DNA from: a virus
Lineage: Duplodnaviria > Caudoviricetes
Virus record (IMG/VR): IMGVR_UViG_3300021399_000099
Coordinates: 32,001-96,000 of that record
Length of the DNA stretch: 64,000 bases
Reading direction: 5' to 3' (one strand)
In this document: positions 46,388 to 56,443 of the stretch, piece by piece
How positions within the stretch are numbered: position 1 is the first letter of the stretch
How the letters are laid out: each line of letters opens with the position of its first letter
Notes under the pieces: model-generated
What the model saw: only the letters and a program-made list of their open reading frames with translations
What the model was told of the DNA's origin: nothing
The model's database searches: none
Program-made: the position numbers and the translations under genes

Positions 46388-46876
46388 TTAACTTTTATAC
46401 ATATCTTCAGGTGCTTCGAGAGCGAGCCCCATAAGAATTAAACCTCGATAATCAAAGTGGTGAGCATTGAGCCAATCAAATACAAGTATTACTACATCAG
46501 ATGGAACTTCTGATAAGTAGAAATCAAGACATTTATATGTTCCATTTTGGAATGAAGCCAAATCAAGTTGTTCATATTTCAAACCACTATATTCTTTTAG
46601 TTTTTCAAATTCTTCCTCAGTCATACTTGACATTGGACGGAGATAAGGTTTAATGGTTTCTAAAAAACCCGTATAATGTACATCATCGGTAACTCTTCTA
46701 TAATCTTCGCCGCCAACACTTTTATATGTTTCCAACATCAGAAATAAATCATCAGAAACTCTACCAAACAGTGTATGTACTTGAGGCTCTGAATAACTTG
46801 TATTTTCTATTTTAACCCCATACGGCAACCTTGCACAAAGGTCTTTAAGCAATAGTTCTTTCTCTTCCTGTGTCAT
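46388..46876 (-). CDS. paralog family B
   Basis: Conserved blocks. Confidence 0.85.
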   Translation of the reverse strand: MTQEEKELLLKDLCARLPYGVKIENTSYSEPQVHTLFGRVSDDLFLMLETYKSVGGEDYRRVTDDVHYTGFLETIKPYLRPMSSMTEEEFEKLKEYSGLKYEQLDLASFQNGTYKCLDFYLSEVPSDVVILVFDWLNAHHFDYRGLILMGLALEAPEDMYKS

Positions 46877-47061
46877 ACTTTAATCTCTTTCATAAAAAGT
46901 TTCTACTCTTCCGCACAAACTGCATTCTTGAAAGCCCCCGCTGTGCCATGTCTAGGTCTTATACCACTTATGGTTACATCTCTTTTGTTCATCCGTAAGA
47001 GGCTGCTTTTCTAATTCCTCCGCCTTTACGTATTCATTAAAAAGTTCTTTTTCTTCCTGTG

Positions 47062-47376
47062 TCATAATAGATTGTACTTTTTACAGAACCCATTAAGGGT
47101 TACATTATTATCCTCAATGTCTTCTAATTTGTCACCATTTTCATCCAATGCGAAGTAATAAACATCGTAGCCGTAGTACTCCTCGAAGAACTCCTGCCAG
47201 TCAATCTCTGTGGTGTTTTCTTCAATGTAGTTACTGAGCTGGTTTTCCATATCTTCATCGCCCCATTGATGGATGACGAAATCGATGAAATTCTTGTATC
47301 TTTTTTCGGTTACTTCGCTGTACTGATAAGCATCAATAACCGCCGCGTAAAAGTTCTTTTTTCCCATATCTACCAA
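47062..47376 (-). CDS. acidic hypothetical protein
   Basis: ORF. Confidence 0.7.
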   Translation of the reverse strand: MVDMGKKNFYAAVIDAYQYSEVTEKRYKNFIDFVIHQWGDEDMENQLSNYIEENTTEIDWQEFFEEYYGYDVYYFALDENGDKLEDIEDNNVTLNGFCKKYNLL

Positions 47377-47509
47377 TCGTATTCGTCTAATACCTCAACA
47401 TTCGTGATTTCCATATCATCCCTATAATTGGCATCTACGATAGTGTCGAATGGGTAATTACATTCATAATCATCTGGAACCTCAATGGTAACCTTTAATT
47501 CAATGCATT

Positions 47510-47779
47510 TCATATACTAATTCCATCATTATGTCTTTTTTCAATCCATTCATCAAGTGTCATTTTCTGTTCGCGGTCTCCACGCTTCCTGTTGTAGTAA
47601 TCCGGGCAATAGCAATCTCCATCAACAAAAGTGTAATCAAGATGGATATCGTTTCCTCCGTTATGCATATAGCATTTCCCGTTACCGAGTTTTTCAACAA
47701 GACCGCGGTTGGTAGTAATCCAATGCCTACCTTTCATTGCCTTGTACCACCAACAGTTTATGCAGCGTCCGTGATTCAT
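47510..47779 (-). CDS. Cys-rich small protein (CxxC...C...C)
   Basis: ORF. Confidence 0.7.
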   Translation of the reverse strand: MNHGRCINCWWYKAMKGRHWITTNRGLVEKLGNGKCYMHNGGNDIHLDYTFVDGDCYCPDYYNRKRGDREQKMTLDEWIEKRHNDGISI

Positions 47780-47784
47780 ATATT

Positions 47785-48084
47785 TTAAATGCTTACGGTT
47801 GTGGTGTCGGTTTGCGGCATAGGTTCCTCAAGCACTTCAATCCTGGTTTTCAGTTCTTTTATTTGTTTGTCATAGCTATAACAGGCCCGACCGAGCATCA
47901 AAGCCAGTGACAAGTAGATGGTCAAGCCGAATACATACAACCAAACACTAACTCTATTCTTCGCCTTTTCCTTGGTATCGTAGTCGGTTTCTCTCGAACA
48001 TTTCTTAACATTGTCGGCAACAATATCGGGGACAATACTCATAACGATGCCAAAAACGACCAAAATAATAAAATACAGTACCAT
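47785..48084 (-). CDS. two-TM membrane protein
   Basis: Hydrophobic segments. Confidence 0.75.
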   Translation of the reverse strand: MVLYFIILVVFGIVMSIVPDIVADNVKKCSRETDYDTKEKAKNRVSVWLYVFGLTIYLSLALMLGRACYSYDKQIKELKTRIEVLEEPMPQTDTTTVSI

Positions 48085-48842
48085 TACTCTCCTACGTTAA
48101 TAAGTTTCTCAATATATTCTCTTCCTTCTCCCTTGAAAATAGGGATGTTATAATCCACAACCCAGTGTCCTTCCTCGTCCTTGATGCAGCACATTCCTCT
48201 CTGCTGTTTGGTGGGGAGGTTGTTCCATAGAATACCGGTTTTTTCTTTAACCATTGTGATAATATCATCGGTACTCTTTTTGTGGAGTTCCTTGTGCGAA
48301 AAATGTGCCTGACCGAGTGCCTGGATGGAATTACGGATAGCGTCTTGTTGTCTCCAGAGCACACAATTTGTGACTTCCTCTTTCGGTACGTTGAAAGCTC
48401 GACAATCGAAGAAGACGCCCTTGCTCAATGCCTTGTCATAAACCTCCGGATTTCTCTCATTTGACAAAAACTTAAAGCTGCCCATGGCTTCGATAAACTT
48501 CCAGGTAGCCATTGAAGCCGCGACCGATACCATCTTCTGGATACTGTTGTTGAACCAAGAACTGGTATTAAGTTCCTGATAATCAACAAGAACCAGCGTA
48601 ATCTCGTCGCTTTGCGTATAGCCGAGGACACACCCCTGGATATTCTCACAAAGGTATCTCATCGTCATTTCCATGGACTTGGCAAAAATCTTGTCGTATG
48701 GCTTGGCAAATCCCTTGGTAAAAGTGTGGAATGCCCTGCCGTCAAGCCTTAATATAACCGGCATTCTGCTGATGAGGTGGTTTCTTGTGATATTCTCGTA
48801 TCCCTTCATGCGGTCACCGAGACTTGTCTTATCTGTCGCCAT
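48084..48842 (-). CDS. tRNA-His guanylyltransferase / Thg1-like 3'-5' polymerase
   Basis: RMKGYE, RLDGRAFHTFT, YTQSDEI, FDCRAF, WRQQDAIRNSI. Confidence 0.92.
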   Translation of the reverse strand: MATDKTSLGDRMKGYENITRNHLISRMPVILRLDGRAFHTFTKGFAKPYDKIFAKSMEMTMRYLCENIQGCVLGYTQSDEITLVLVDYQELNTSSWFNNSIQKMVSVAASMATWKFIEAMGSFKFLSNERNPEVYDKALSKGVFFDCRAFNVPKEEVTNCVLWRQQDAIRNSIQALGQAHFSHKELHKKSTDDIITMVKEKTGILWNNLPTKQQRGMCCIKDEEGHWVVDYNIPIFKGEGREYIEKLINVGE

Positions 48843-49156
48843 TATTTTGTTATCTTTATAGTTTTATCGTAAAACGTCTCTTTCTTAACGGAAATACTGA
48901 TAGATTCAAATGCCGGGTCTTCCAACAATTCGTCCAAGCCAATTCCGTTCGTGTCCTTGTAGTGCTCTTTGAAATGGGTGAGAACCAGGTCATAAAGTTC
49001 GTCATCACTCTTTTCACTGTCTTCACCCTCCAAGTTCAAATACCCGCTATAATTGAAATAAGGGAAGTGTGCCCCGTCATCTTTGCAGCGAATGCATACA
49101 TTATAGATGATAATCACGTGATTTCTGTAATTGATGGTGGTGTATTCAATATTCAT
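48842..49156 (-). CDS. hypothetical protein
   Basis: ORF after promoter 49191. Confidence 0.7.
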   Translation of the reverse strand: MNIEYTTINYRNHVIIIYNVCIRCKDDGAHFPYFNYSGYLNLEGEDSEKSDDELYDLVLTHFKEHYKDTNGIGLDELLEDPAFESISISVKKETFYDKTIKITK

Positions 49157-49221
49157 AATACAAAGTTTTTAAGTTTCTGTATAGAATATTACAAAAACCG
49201 TGCCAAACTATATGGAAAACC

Positions 49222-50637
49222 TTAGGCGAGACCGATTTCCTTCGCCTTTTTCTTGACAAATGCCTCGGCCTCGTCAAAGTTGTTTCCAATCACACCGTCC
49301 AGAATTGCTTCCTTCACGGCATCTTTCAGCACAGCGATAGTCTTGGACGGCTTAAGGTGGAATGTCTCCATGATATAGTCGCCAGTAATCGGGTTTTTAA
49401 AGTTCCGGATTGCGTCTTTCTCTTCAACCTCAGCAATATGTTTCTCAATTATGATGAGGTTGTTGTAGATTCTCGTTCGCTTCTCTTCATACTTGGTAGT
49501 CACATCGCACTTTGCCAGAATGAGCAGGTCGTCGATATCGTCTCCGGCATCGAAAAGGAGCCTGCGAATTGCACTATCGGTAACCCCCTCCTCAGCAAGT
49601 GTAGTAGGACGCATATGCATATCGACCAGCTTTCTCACATGTTCCGCCATGTCCATAGGAAGGTGAAGCCTGCGGAATATACCTTCAATCATCTTGGCAC
49701 CTGCAGGGGCGTGACTTTCAAAAGTCCAACCGCGTTTTTCATCGTATTTCTTGGTCACGGCCTTACCGATATCATGGAGAAGGGCGGCCCAACGAAGTGT
49801 CAAGCTGTCAGACATTCCGGCAACATTGTCCAGGACCCTCATAGTGTGGTCAAAAATGTCCTTGTGACCCTTATCTCCGGGCATACGTAGGTTATCTACT
49901 TCCGGCAAAATAAATGGCAATAAACCGGTTTCTTTGAGCAATATGAAACCCTGTGACGGTTTCTTTGAGACCAGTATTTTGTTCAGTTCCTCGGTGATAC
50001 GCTCCCCGGAAAGAGTCTTTATTTCTTCCTTGCACTCTTTTATTGCCTCAAATGTCGGTGTAGCAATGTGGAACTCCTTACCTGGACGAGACAGTTTGCA
50101 ACGGAAGCGGATACAGCGAAGCATACGTAAAGCATCTTCCGTAAATCTGTCTTTCGGCTCGCCAACGCATCTTATAATTCCATCCTGTAAATCGTTTAGA
50201 CCACCAAATAAATCAACCAATTCACCAAAATCTGCATCATTGACACTTATACACATTGCGTTGATGGTAAAATCTCTTCTCTTCAAATCATCTTCGAGCG
50301 TCCCGTCAAACACAAACGGTTTTCTGGACCCCCTCTTATAGACTTCTTTCCTGGCGCCAACGAACTCCACCTTCTGGTCTCCGTATTTCACCATAGCCGT
50401 GCCAAAGTTCTCATACACAGTGAGTTCGCCATTGGTCAATTTTGAAAACTCCTTGGCGGCCTTGATACCGTCACCAACACACAGGAAGTCAATGTCATCG
50501 TTGTCAATGCCGAGAACAAGGTCCCTGACAAATCCACCTACAACATATATCTTGGCTCCGGTAATCTTGGCGGCACTGGAAGCCAGCAGGAAAACCGGGC
50601 ACTTAATCAATTCGTCTTTATAGTTCATTCTTGCCAT
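49222..50637 (-). CDS. cca: class II tRNA nucleotidyltransferase (CCA-adding/polyA-pol family) with HD domain
   Basis: VGGFVRD, DIDF, FGT, DLKRRDFTINA, EDALRMLR, ERITEEL, LLHDIGK. Confidence 0.9.
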   Translation of the reverse strand: MARMNYKDELIKCPVFLLASSAAKITGAKIYVVGGFVRDLVLGIDNDDIDFLCVGDGIKAAKEFSKLTNGELTVYENFGTAMVKYGDQKVEFVGARKEVYKRGSRKPFVFDGTLEDDLKRRDFTINAMCISVNDADFGELVDLFGGLNDLQDGIIRCVGEPKDRFTEDALRMLRCIRFRCKLSRPGKEFHIATPTFEAIKECKEEIKTLSGERITEELNKILVSKKPSQGFILLKETGLLPFILPEVDNLRMPGDKGHKDIFDHTMRVLDNVAGMSDSLTLRWAALLHDIGKAVTKKYDEKRGWTFESHAPAGAKMIEGIFRRLHLPMDMAEHVRKLVDMHMRPTTLAEEGVTDSAIRRLLFDAGDDIDDLLILAKCDVTTKYEEKRTRIYNNLIIIEKHIAEVEEKDAIRNFKNPITGDYIMETFHLKPSKTIAVLKDAVKEAILDGVIGNNFDEAEAFVKKKAKEIGLA

Positions 50638-50649
50638 ATTATTCTACAC

Positions 50650-50979
50650 TTAGTCAATTTTTTCATCAATGAACTGTTTCCAAATCTCAGCTTTTTTATA
50701 GTATTTTTTAGATACTTCACCATAACTCTCAGCAGCAGAACCGATTTTCTTCCAATATTTATCTTCAGACAATCTTTTGAAATCATCGCCTTTTTTCATA
50801 CAGTCATTATACATATCTTTTGCTAAAGCTTGAAGTGGAGATTCTTTATTAGCATCAAATCTATCAAGTATTTGTGAGATGAGATATACTTTATCCGCAT
50901 TACTAAAACTTGTAATTTTTTTAATAAGTTCTTCTAAATCAAGAGTTACGGAAACTTTATCAAATACAACTACATCCAT
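50650..50979 (-). CDS. hypothetical protein
   Basis: ORF. Confidence 0.7.
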   Translation of the reverse strand: MDVVVFDKVSVTLDLEELIKKITSFSNADKVYLISQILDRFDANKESPLQALAKDMYNDCMKKGDDFKRLSEDKYWKKIGSAAESYGEVSKKYYKKAEIWKQFIDEKID

Positions 50980-50982
50980 AAT

Positions 50983-51372
50983 TTAGTCCTCCTCTTCTGG
51001 AATAATAGTTTCAGCGCCGTGGTCGAATCTATCAAACCGGCTCCAAGATTCTTCATCATCATAATAAAACCCGGTTAGTTCATACATTCTTTCAATCTGA
51101 GCCGTTGTGGGCCGCGGGCAACGGTCTTCATAACCAATTGAATGCTCACAACTCCATCTATCAATAGTAGTCGTAAATCTTACCCAACCACGTCTTTCGA
51201 GGGTTTCAGTAAAAGACTGATAAAAACCTCGTTCCTCCCAAGTTTCAAATCCAATAGGGGTAGTTCCATTCATAGGAAACTCATCCCTTAAAAGAAACTC
51301 GGCAGCGTCATCGTGCCTAAATTGTGGCACATAATATACATTCCCATAAGGGTCCATCCAACAATCTCTCAT
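50983..51372 (-). CDS. hypothetical protein (WMDP.G...H...L..RGWVR)
   Basis: ORF. Confidence 0.75.
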   Translation of the reverse strand: MRDCWMDPYGNVYYVPQFRHDDAAEFLLRDEFPMNGTTPIGFETWEERGFYQSFTETLERRGWVRFTTTIDRWSCEHSIGYEDRCPRPTTAQIERMYELTGFYYDDEESWSRFDRFDHGAETIIPEEED

Positions 51373-51456
51373 AATCCTTTACAAATTAAGCATCTCACAT
51401 AGTTTTGATTTTTGCAAACCGTCACCAGCTTTAATTTCGGCAGCGTTCTCCACCAA

Positions 51457-52050
51457 TCAAATATCATCATGGTCAGCTATCTCTCCATTATAAAGCTTTT
51501 CCCAACTTGGAAGCAGTTCTCGAACCTTTTCAAGTGCCTCTTTTTCTCCGCCGGTATATTCCTGGTACTGAACCAAGTTCCATAAAATCTTGTGTATCAG
51601 TCCCTTGGTTTCATTGTGGATTTTCGCCACCCTACTATTTTTCTCCCACCATTTGTATTCCCTGACAAATATGTCCTCGGCGGTTCCTTCATATGCCCTG
51701 CAAGCACCAAGCCAGTCGCACACCATTTCAACAACGTATTTAAACGGCATCTTGTGGGGAACTCCTCCATCGTTAAGTTTGTCAATCCAATATTCATAGT
51801 GATGTTTGTTAATTCCACGGTGATGCAGCCACGCGTACGAAATGCCGGTTTTCTCCTTCGCAACGAGAATAGGAGAACGTTTTCCGGTCCAATACCTCAC
51901 GCTTTCAAAAAATTCGGTCGGCGAAAACTTTGACATATCATGTACAAGCCCGCGCCAGGTATAACCGAGCCTGGAAGTGTAATAAAACACCCATCTCTTA
52001 TGCGTAAGCACGGTTTTCAAGTGCCCGAAAAACTTTTTGATATAAGTCAT
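51457..52050 (-). CDS. DUF5662-like HD-type protein
   Basis: HK..V, HDMSKFSP.EF, WLHH...NKHH.EYW, EMVCDW. Confidence 0.75.
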   Translation of the reverse strand: MTYIKKFFGHLKTVLTHKRWVFYYTSRLGYTWRGLVHDMSKFSPTEFFESVRYWTGKRSPILVAKEKTGISYAWLHHRGINKHHYEYWIDKLNDGGVPHKMPFKYVVEMVCDWLGACRAYEGTAEDIFVREYKWWEKNSRVAKIHNETKGLIHKILWNLVQYQEYTGGEKEALEKVRELLPSWEKLYNGEIADHDDI

Positions 52051-52053
52051 TGC

Positions 52054-52287
52054 CTAGTTTTTAATTTGAAGAATATTGACCGGTTTAGTGAATGTTCCGT
52101 TAGTACAAACAATGCCTTCGGCTTCACCATTTTCAATCAAAGTCATAAGTTTTGATATCGTACAATATGCCTTTCTCATTCCATGCATTGTGTCACACAG
52201 GGTCCTTGCGTCGCCAGGATTCATACCACACGCTTTTTCGACAAGGTCCTTGAGGGTTTCCCAGTTCTGCTTGTAATTTTCTTCCAT
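52054..52287 (-). CDS. hypothetical protein
   Basis: ORF. Confidence 0.65.
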   Translation of the reverse strand: MEENYKQNWETLKDLVEKACGMNPGDARTLCDTMHGMRKAYCTISKLMTLIENGEAEGIVCTNGTFTKPVNILQIKN

Positions 52288-52298
52288 AATCCTAAATC

Positions 52299-52586
52299 TT
52301 ATTTTTCCTTATAATAAAACCAGTTCTTCTTAATTTCGTCTCGTATGGCTTGACGATGCTCCGCCGGAAACATGATACTATAATCGTCAATGAACGGTCT
52401 CCATTTTCCATTATAAAGCCCAAGTTCTGTCATCTTTGGAATAAGGTATGTATCAACGAATTCCATTGCCATCTTATAGTTCGTAATATGTGCCGGAAGT
52501 CTTTCGTCACCATAGTAAAACATCTTGGTTCTCCAGGCCCTTGCAAGTTGAAAACCTTTGTAAATGCAAATCATTTGATAACTCAT
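52299..52586 (-). CDS. hypothetical protein
   Basis: ORF. Confidence 0.7.
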   Translation of the reverse strand: MSYQMICIYKGFQLARAWRTKMFYYGDERLPAHITNYKMAMEFVDTYLIPKMTELGLYNGKWRPFIDDYSIMFPAEHRQAIRDEIKKNWFYYKEK

Positions 52587-52841
52587 AATTTTTTTTACTT
52601 TTCTTTTCTATCTATTGCTTTGTTCATCACCCATCTTACCCATTTTGGTTCATCATTTCCCCACAAATCAAGCACAATTGGAAGCCAAGCCCAAGGCAAA
52701 ATGAATAAGACAAAAACAAATTCCCAAAACAACATACTAATTAATTTCATATCTTATCTCTATCAAATATCGTGCCAAACTGAAAAAAAAATAAGCGGGG
52801 GATGTTAAAAATATCCTCCGCCACAAAATATCTGCATAAAC

Positions 52842-53705
52842 TTAGAATGAAAGATGTTCGGCCACAGCAAACTTTTTCATCTTTTCAATGGCCCCGTTCT
52901 TTAACTGTCTAGCCCTTTCACTTGACATTCCCAGTTCCTCTGCAATCTCTGCATTGGTGTATTCCTTGTTGTACCCGATACCGAAAGACATTTTAATGAC
53001 GGTCTGTTCCCTTTCAGTAAGTGAGGATATAAGGGCTCCGCTTACAGCTGAGTTGAAATCATCGTCCATCACCGGGAGATAATCATTATCAACGGCGGTC
53101 TTTTCAGTAAAGTATGGGGTGTTTTCAAAGGCCCTGGCATCTTCATCATCAAAGCAAGTGTTGATGGAAGTTGTGGATATGTCGAGAAGGTCTGTTTTGT
53201 CCTTGATTTTAAGACCATATTCCGCCTCAAGGATAGCGGCAATCTCATCTACGTCCGGGTAGCGGTTGTTATCAGCGTAGAACTTTTCCTTAATCTTGGA
53301 AAGCTTATAAACGGTTTTCGTGTTGTTTGTCTTGCGAATCAGCAAGTTGTCATTGTTCAAGTAGGCATTGATTTCCCTTCTTATATACCAGATTGCATAC
53401 GAAAGAAAACGATTACCCTTGGAGGCGTCAAAGGTGTCAAGGGCCTGCATAAGACCGATATTACCTTCATTGACAAGGTCGAGTACGTTATCGTCATTAC
53501 CATATCTTTTGGCTACGGCATAAACAAAACGTTGATTTGCGGCGATAAGGTGATTCCTGGCATCAATGTCTCCATTCCTCATCTTTTTTATAAGGTCGGC
53601 TTCTTCGGCGGCAGTAAGAACTTTATACTTGTTGATTTCTTTGAGATACACACTGATTGAGTGGTCAGCATTAATAAATCCAGTTTTCTTTTCTTTTAAA
53701 TTCAT
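52842..53705 (-). CDS. sigma70-family (RpoD-like, lacking region 1.1) RNA polymerase sigma factor
   Basis: YLKEI (1.2), NQRFVYAVAKRY, DLVNEGNIGL, FLSYAIWYIR (2), LTERE...EIAEELGMSSERARQL (4). Confidence 0.92.
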   Translation of the reverse strand: MNLKEKKTGFINADHSISVYLKEINKYKVLTAAEEADLIKKMRNGDIDARNHLIAANQRFVYAVAKRYGNDDNVLDLVNEGNIGLMQALDTFDASKGNRFLSYAIWYIRREINAYLNNDNLLIRKTNNTKTVYKLSKIKEKFYADNNRYPDVDEIAAILEAEYGLKIKDKTDLLDISTTSINTCFDDEDARAFENTPYFTEKTAVDNDYLPVMDDDFNSAVSGALISSLTEREQTVIKMSFGIGYNKEYTNAEIAEELGMSSERARQLKNGAIEKMKKFAVAEHLSF

Positions 53706-53774
53706 ATCTTATATAAGTTTTGTAATATATTCTAATCAAGTCCTGCTATAAAGTCAAGCATTATTGGGAAAGCT

Positions 53775-54113
53775 TTAATCAAGGATAAACATATTTTTTA
53801 AGGAGACACTTTTAATGTCACCATAGCCGTTTTCTTCCTTTGTCTTATATTTTTCCAGCCAAGTTTTCATTTTCTGGGCCCGGTTTAAAGATGTGAATAT
53901 ACCATTAACCTCGGGCTCAGCGTTTTCGTATTCGGTAAAAACCACAAACACACCGGAATTCTGGTTTTTATAGTTCGATTTTTCTGTTCCGCCATCAAGT
54001 TCTATATAATCTTTACTATCTACCCATGCGTTGTGGATACTAAGGTGCTCGTAACCAACCTCAGCTTCCGGGGCCTGTTTAAGGATTTCAATTAATTCTT
54101 TTGCTTTCATCAC
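53775..54113 (-). CDS. hypothetical protein
   Basis: ORF. Confidence 0.7.
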   Translation of the reverse strand: MMKAKELIEILKQAPEAEVGYEHLSIHNAWVDSKDYIELDGGTEKSNYKNQNSGVFVVFTEYENAEPEVNGIFTSLNRAQKMKTWLEKYKTKEENGYGDIKSVSLKNMFILD

Positions 54114-54421
54114 TTGTAGATTTTTACTTGTTCGTTTGCGAGAGCGGTGTTAAGCCTGGCAGAAAGAACGTTAAAAGCCAGTTCAGTTGTTCGAACATCA
54201 ACAATATCTTCTACATTATTTGAATAGTTTGGAGATACATTATCAGGTTCAACCACCTGAGAAAGAATAGAATATTCAATTTTCCTTTTCATTGCTTCAA
54301 GAGGGGAGAAAACATACTGATAGCAAACTACAATCTTGTTCCATGCGGTTACACCAAGATGGAGGAAGTAAAGGCTGCCATTATATTTAATGGTCTTAGG
54401 AAGTGAATCGATATTAATCAT
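54110..54421 (-). CDS. hypothetical protein
   Basis: ORF. Confidence 0.7.
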   Translation of the reverse strand: MINIDSLPKTIKYNGSLYFLHLGVTAWNKIVVCYQYVFSPLEAMKRKIEYSILSQVVEPDNVSPNYSNNVEDIVDVRTTELAFNVLSARLNTALANEQVKIYK

Positions 54422-54475
54422 AATTATTCTGGGTATGTGTTATTAACGGTTAAATGCTGATTAAAGTGGTTTTGT

Positions 54476-55054
54476 TTATCTATTCTCTATGGCTTCGGCA
54501 ATACCGTCTTCCATTTTCTTCAACTCATTACTTATCTTCTCTTCAGTGAAGCCAAAGAACGTCATTTCGTAAAGGCAACCGGCGACGATGTCCTCCTTGC
54601 TAAAATTATTCAATGACTCCTGGGTGATGAACATAGAAACCCAATCAGCCCATGGGCAGAACTCCATACCATATCTCACATTGTCATTTTTGGGTTTGGT
54701 ACCGTATATGTCAAGGCATTTACCATCATCCAACGGGTACTGTGTCAATTCAGCAGCAATGAACGAATTGTTGAGGTTATGGCTTTTCTTCGGTGTCAAA
54801 GTGAGAAGCATATTGAACACCGATTCATAGCCGGATTTGTTTCTTTCCTCACCCGGATACCACTTGCAAAGACACTCAAACACCGGTTCAAACTCAACGT
54901 CTTTCAATATGGAAGCAAGAGTAGTGGTTTCAATTTCAGCCACACGAGGACACTTGGCGATATCTGCGAGCGAACATTTAGCCACGTTGCAAATATCATT
55001 GTGCTTCAAGAACTTGCACCACTTACTCTCTATTTTGCAAAACTTTTTTCCCAT
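54476..55054 (-). CDS. DUF6557-like protein
   Basis: F.PW.DW...CLYEMTFFGF.E (family name from memory). Confidence 0.55.
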   Translation of the reverse strand: MGKKFCKIESKWCKFLKHNDICNVAKCSLADIAKCPRVAEIETTTLASILKDVEFEPVFECLCKWYPGEERNKSGYESVFNMLLTLTPKKSHNLNNSFIAAELTQYPLDDGKCLDIYGTKPKNDNVRYGMEFCPWADWVSMFITQESLNNFSKEDIVAGCLYEMTFFGFTEEKISNELKKMEDGIAEAIENR

Positions 55055-55226
55055 ATTTATTCTTGTGCGAACGGCATCTTGCTTATAACCTCACCTTCGA
55101 GTGTCAGGACCACATACAATTTGTCATAACCCTCGTATTTCCAGTTAATTTTGAGGTTTTCTTTCAAATATTGTTTCAGTTCTTTCTTATCCATATATGT
55201 AATATTGTTACAAAAACCGTGCCAAA

Positions 55227-56435
55227 CTACATGTTAAGCCCGTAATATTTGGCACGGCAATAAATGGTAAGGTCATTGACGAAATCCTTATCAACCTCGT
55301 CCGGCAGATTGCTCTTAGGAAGATTTTCATTTACATCAGCAAGAAGTTTCTCCGCATAGTCAATAAGATACTCGTAAGTATAATCACCATTTTTGATACC
55401 CATAAGGAAATCACGGTCATCAGTTCTCCAGAGATTGAAACCCTTACCCTCGGAGATTTCCTTGGCCATAGTGAGAAGACGTATGCAATGGCACATGTTC
55501 TTCTGGTTATAACCAGCCTCAACCGCCTTGGAATAACGCTTCTGGTTACGCTTCTCAACCCACTCCTGATACTCCTTATACTCACGGCAATGGCATGTAT
55601 AGGCGTCCTTGTTATAAGTCATGAAGCAAATAGGAACCTCACCCTTTGGAATCGAGGACAGACGCACCTCATTGGATTTCTCAATATCTTCCGGATAAAC
55701 GATACCGGAATAGTGGAAGAATTCTTTATTGTCAATCCTATATTCAATCTTACGGAGAGTATATTCATAATCACCGCCATGATACCAATTTTTCAGGATA
55801 CTATACCTATCAAGAGCACTATCAATCCCTTCAAACTTAAAGTATGCAGCGAAGTCATAATAAACTCCATACACATCTTTCATATTCGGGATACTAACAA
55901 GGCCACAATATCTCTGGTCAAGATTATGCTCTTTAAGCCATTCCTTAATCGGCTGGCTTCCCTGGTTCTTAAAGGTGTAGCAGAAATCCAGCACGTCCTT
56001 ACGCTCGGTTACCGGATTCACAATCTTCTTCCCGAGACCACGAGCCTTCTTAATCTGGTTGAAAGCGTAACCGGAAAGGGACTTGACAACCTCTTTGGAA
56101 ACGAACTTGTCCCTGTTTTTAAGAACTTCACGAATTACCGGATGAACATCCCCGACAGTAAGTCCGTCTGGCACAAAGAGACTCTCCAGTGCATTCGGGT
56201 TACCTTTACTGAGAAGGGTCATCCACTTGCCGAACTCATGATATGTCTCGTCATGCTTCTCGTCGGAAACCTCCTCCTGGTAGTCTGCACCAAGACCGAT
56301 GAGTGTAGCCAACGGAGCAAAATATACACCGTGATAGTCGATATCGCTGTCTGGACCGTCGAGATTCTGACTATGACTGCCAGCAACATACTTGTAACCA
56401 ATAAGGCCTTTCTCCTCAATATCTTTAATCGTCAT
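55227..56435 (-). CDS. DNA-pol-beta-superfamily nucleotidyltransferase (YcgL/RlaP-like)
   Basis: GSHS...SDIDYHGVY, KGNPNALESL, KNMCHCIRLL, LMGIKNG. Confidence 0.85.
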   Translation of the reverse strand: MTIKDIEEKGLIGYKYVAGSHSQNLDGPDSDIDYHGVYFAPLATLIGLGADYQEEVSDEKHDETYHEFGKWMTLLSKGNPNALESLFVPDGLTVGDVHPVIREVLKNRDKFVSKEVVKSLSGYAFNQIKKARGLGKKIVNPVTERKDVLDFCYTFKNQGSQPIKEWLKEHNLDQRYCGLVSIPNMKDVYGVYYDFAAYFKFEGIDSALDRYSILKNWYHGGDYEYTLRKIEYRIDNKEFFHYSGIVYPEDIEKSNEVRLSSIPKGEVPICFMTYNKDAYTCHCREYKEYQEWVEKRNQKRYSKAVEAGYNQKNMCHCIRLLTMAKEISEGKGFNLWRTDDRDFLMGIKNGDYTYEYLIDYAEKLLADVNENLPKSNLPDEVDKDFVNDLTIYCRAKYYGLNM

Positions 56436-56443
56436 AATAAATC

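Noticed and set aside
38479-46876. Diversity-generating retroelement behind the paralog variation
   Set aside because: No reverse transcriptase in the window and no template/variable repeat pair differing only at adenines.
52794-52822. GGGGATGTTAAAAA hairpin as a 15th bipartite element
   Set aside because: The box is degenerate and no TTAA lies 17 bp away; better explained as the sigma gene terminator.
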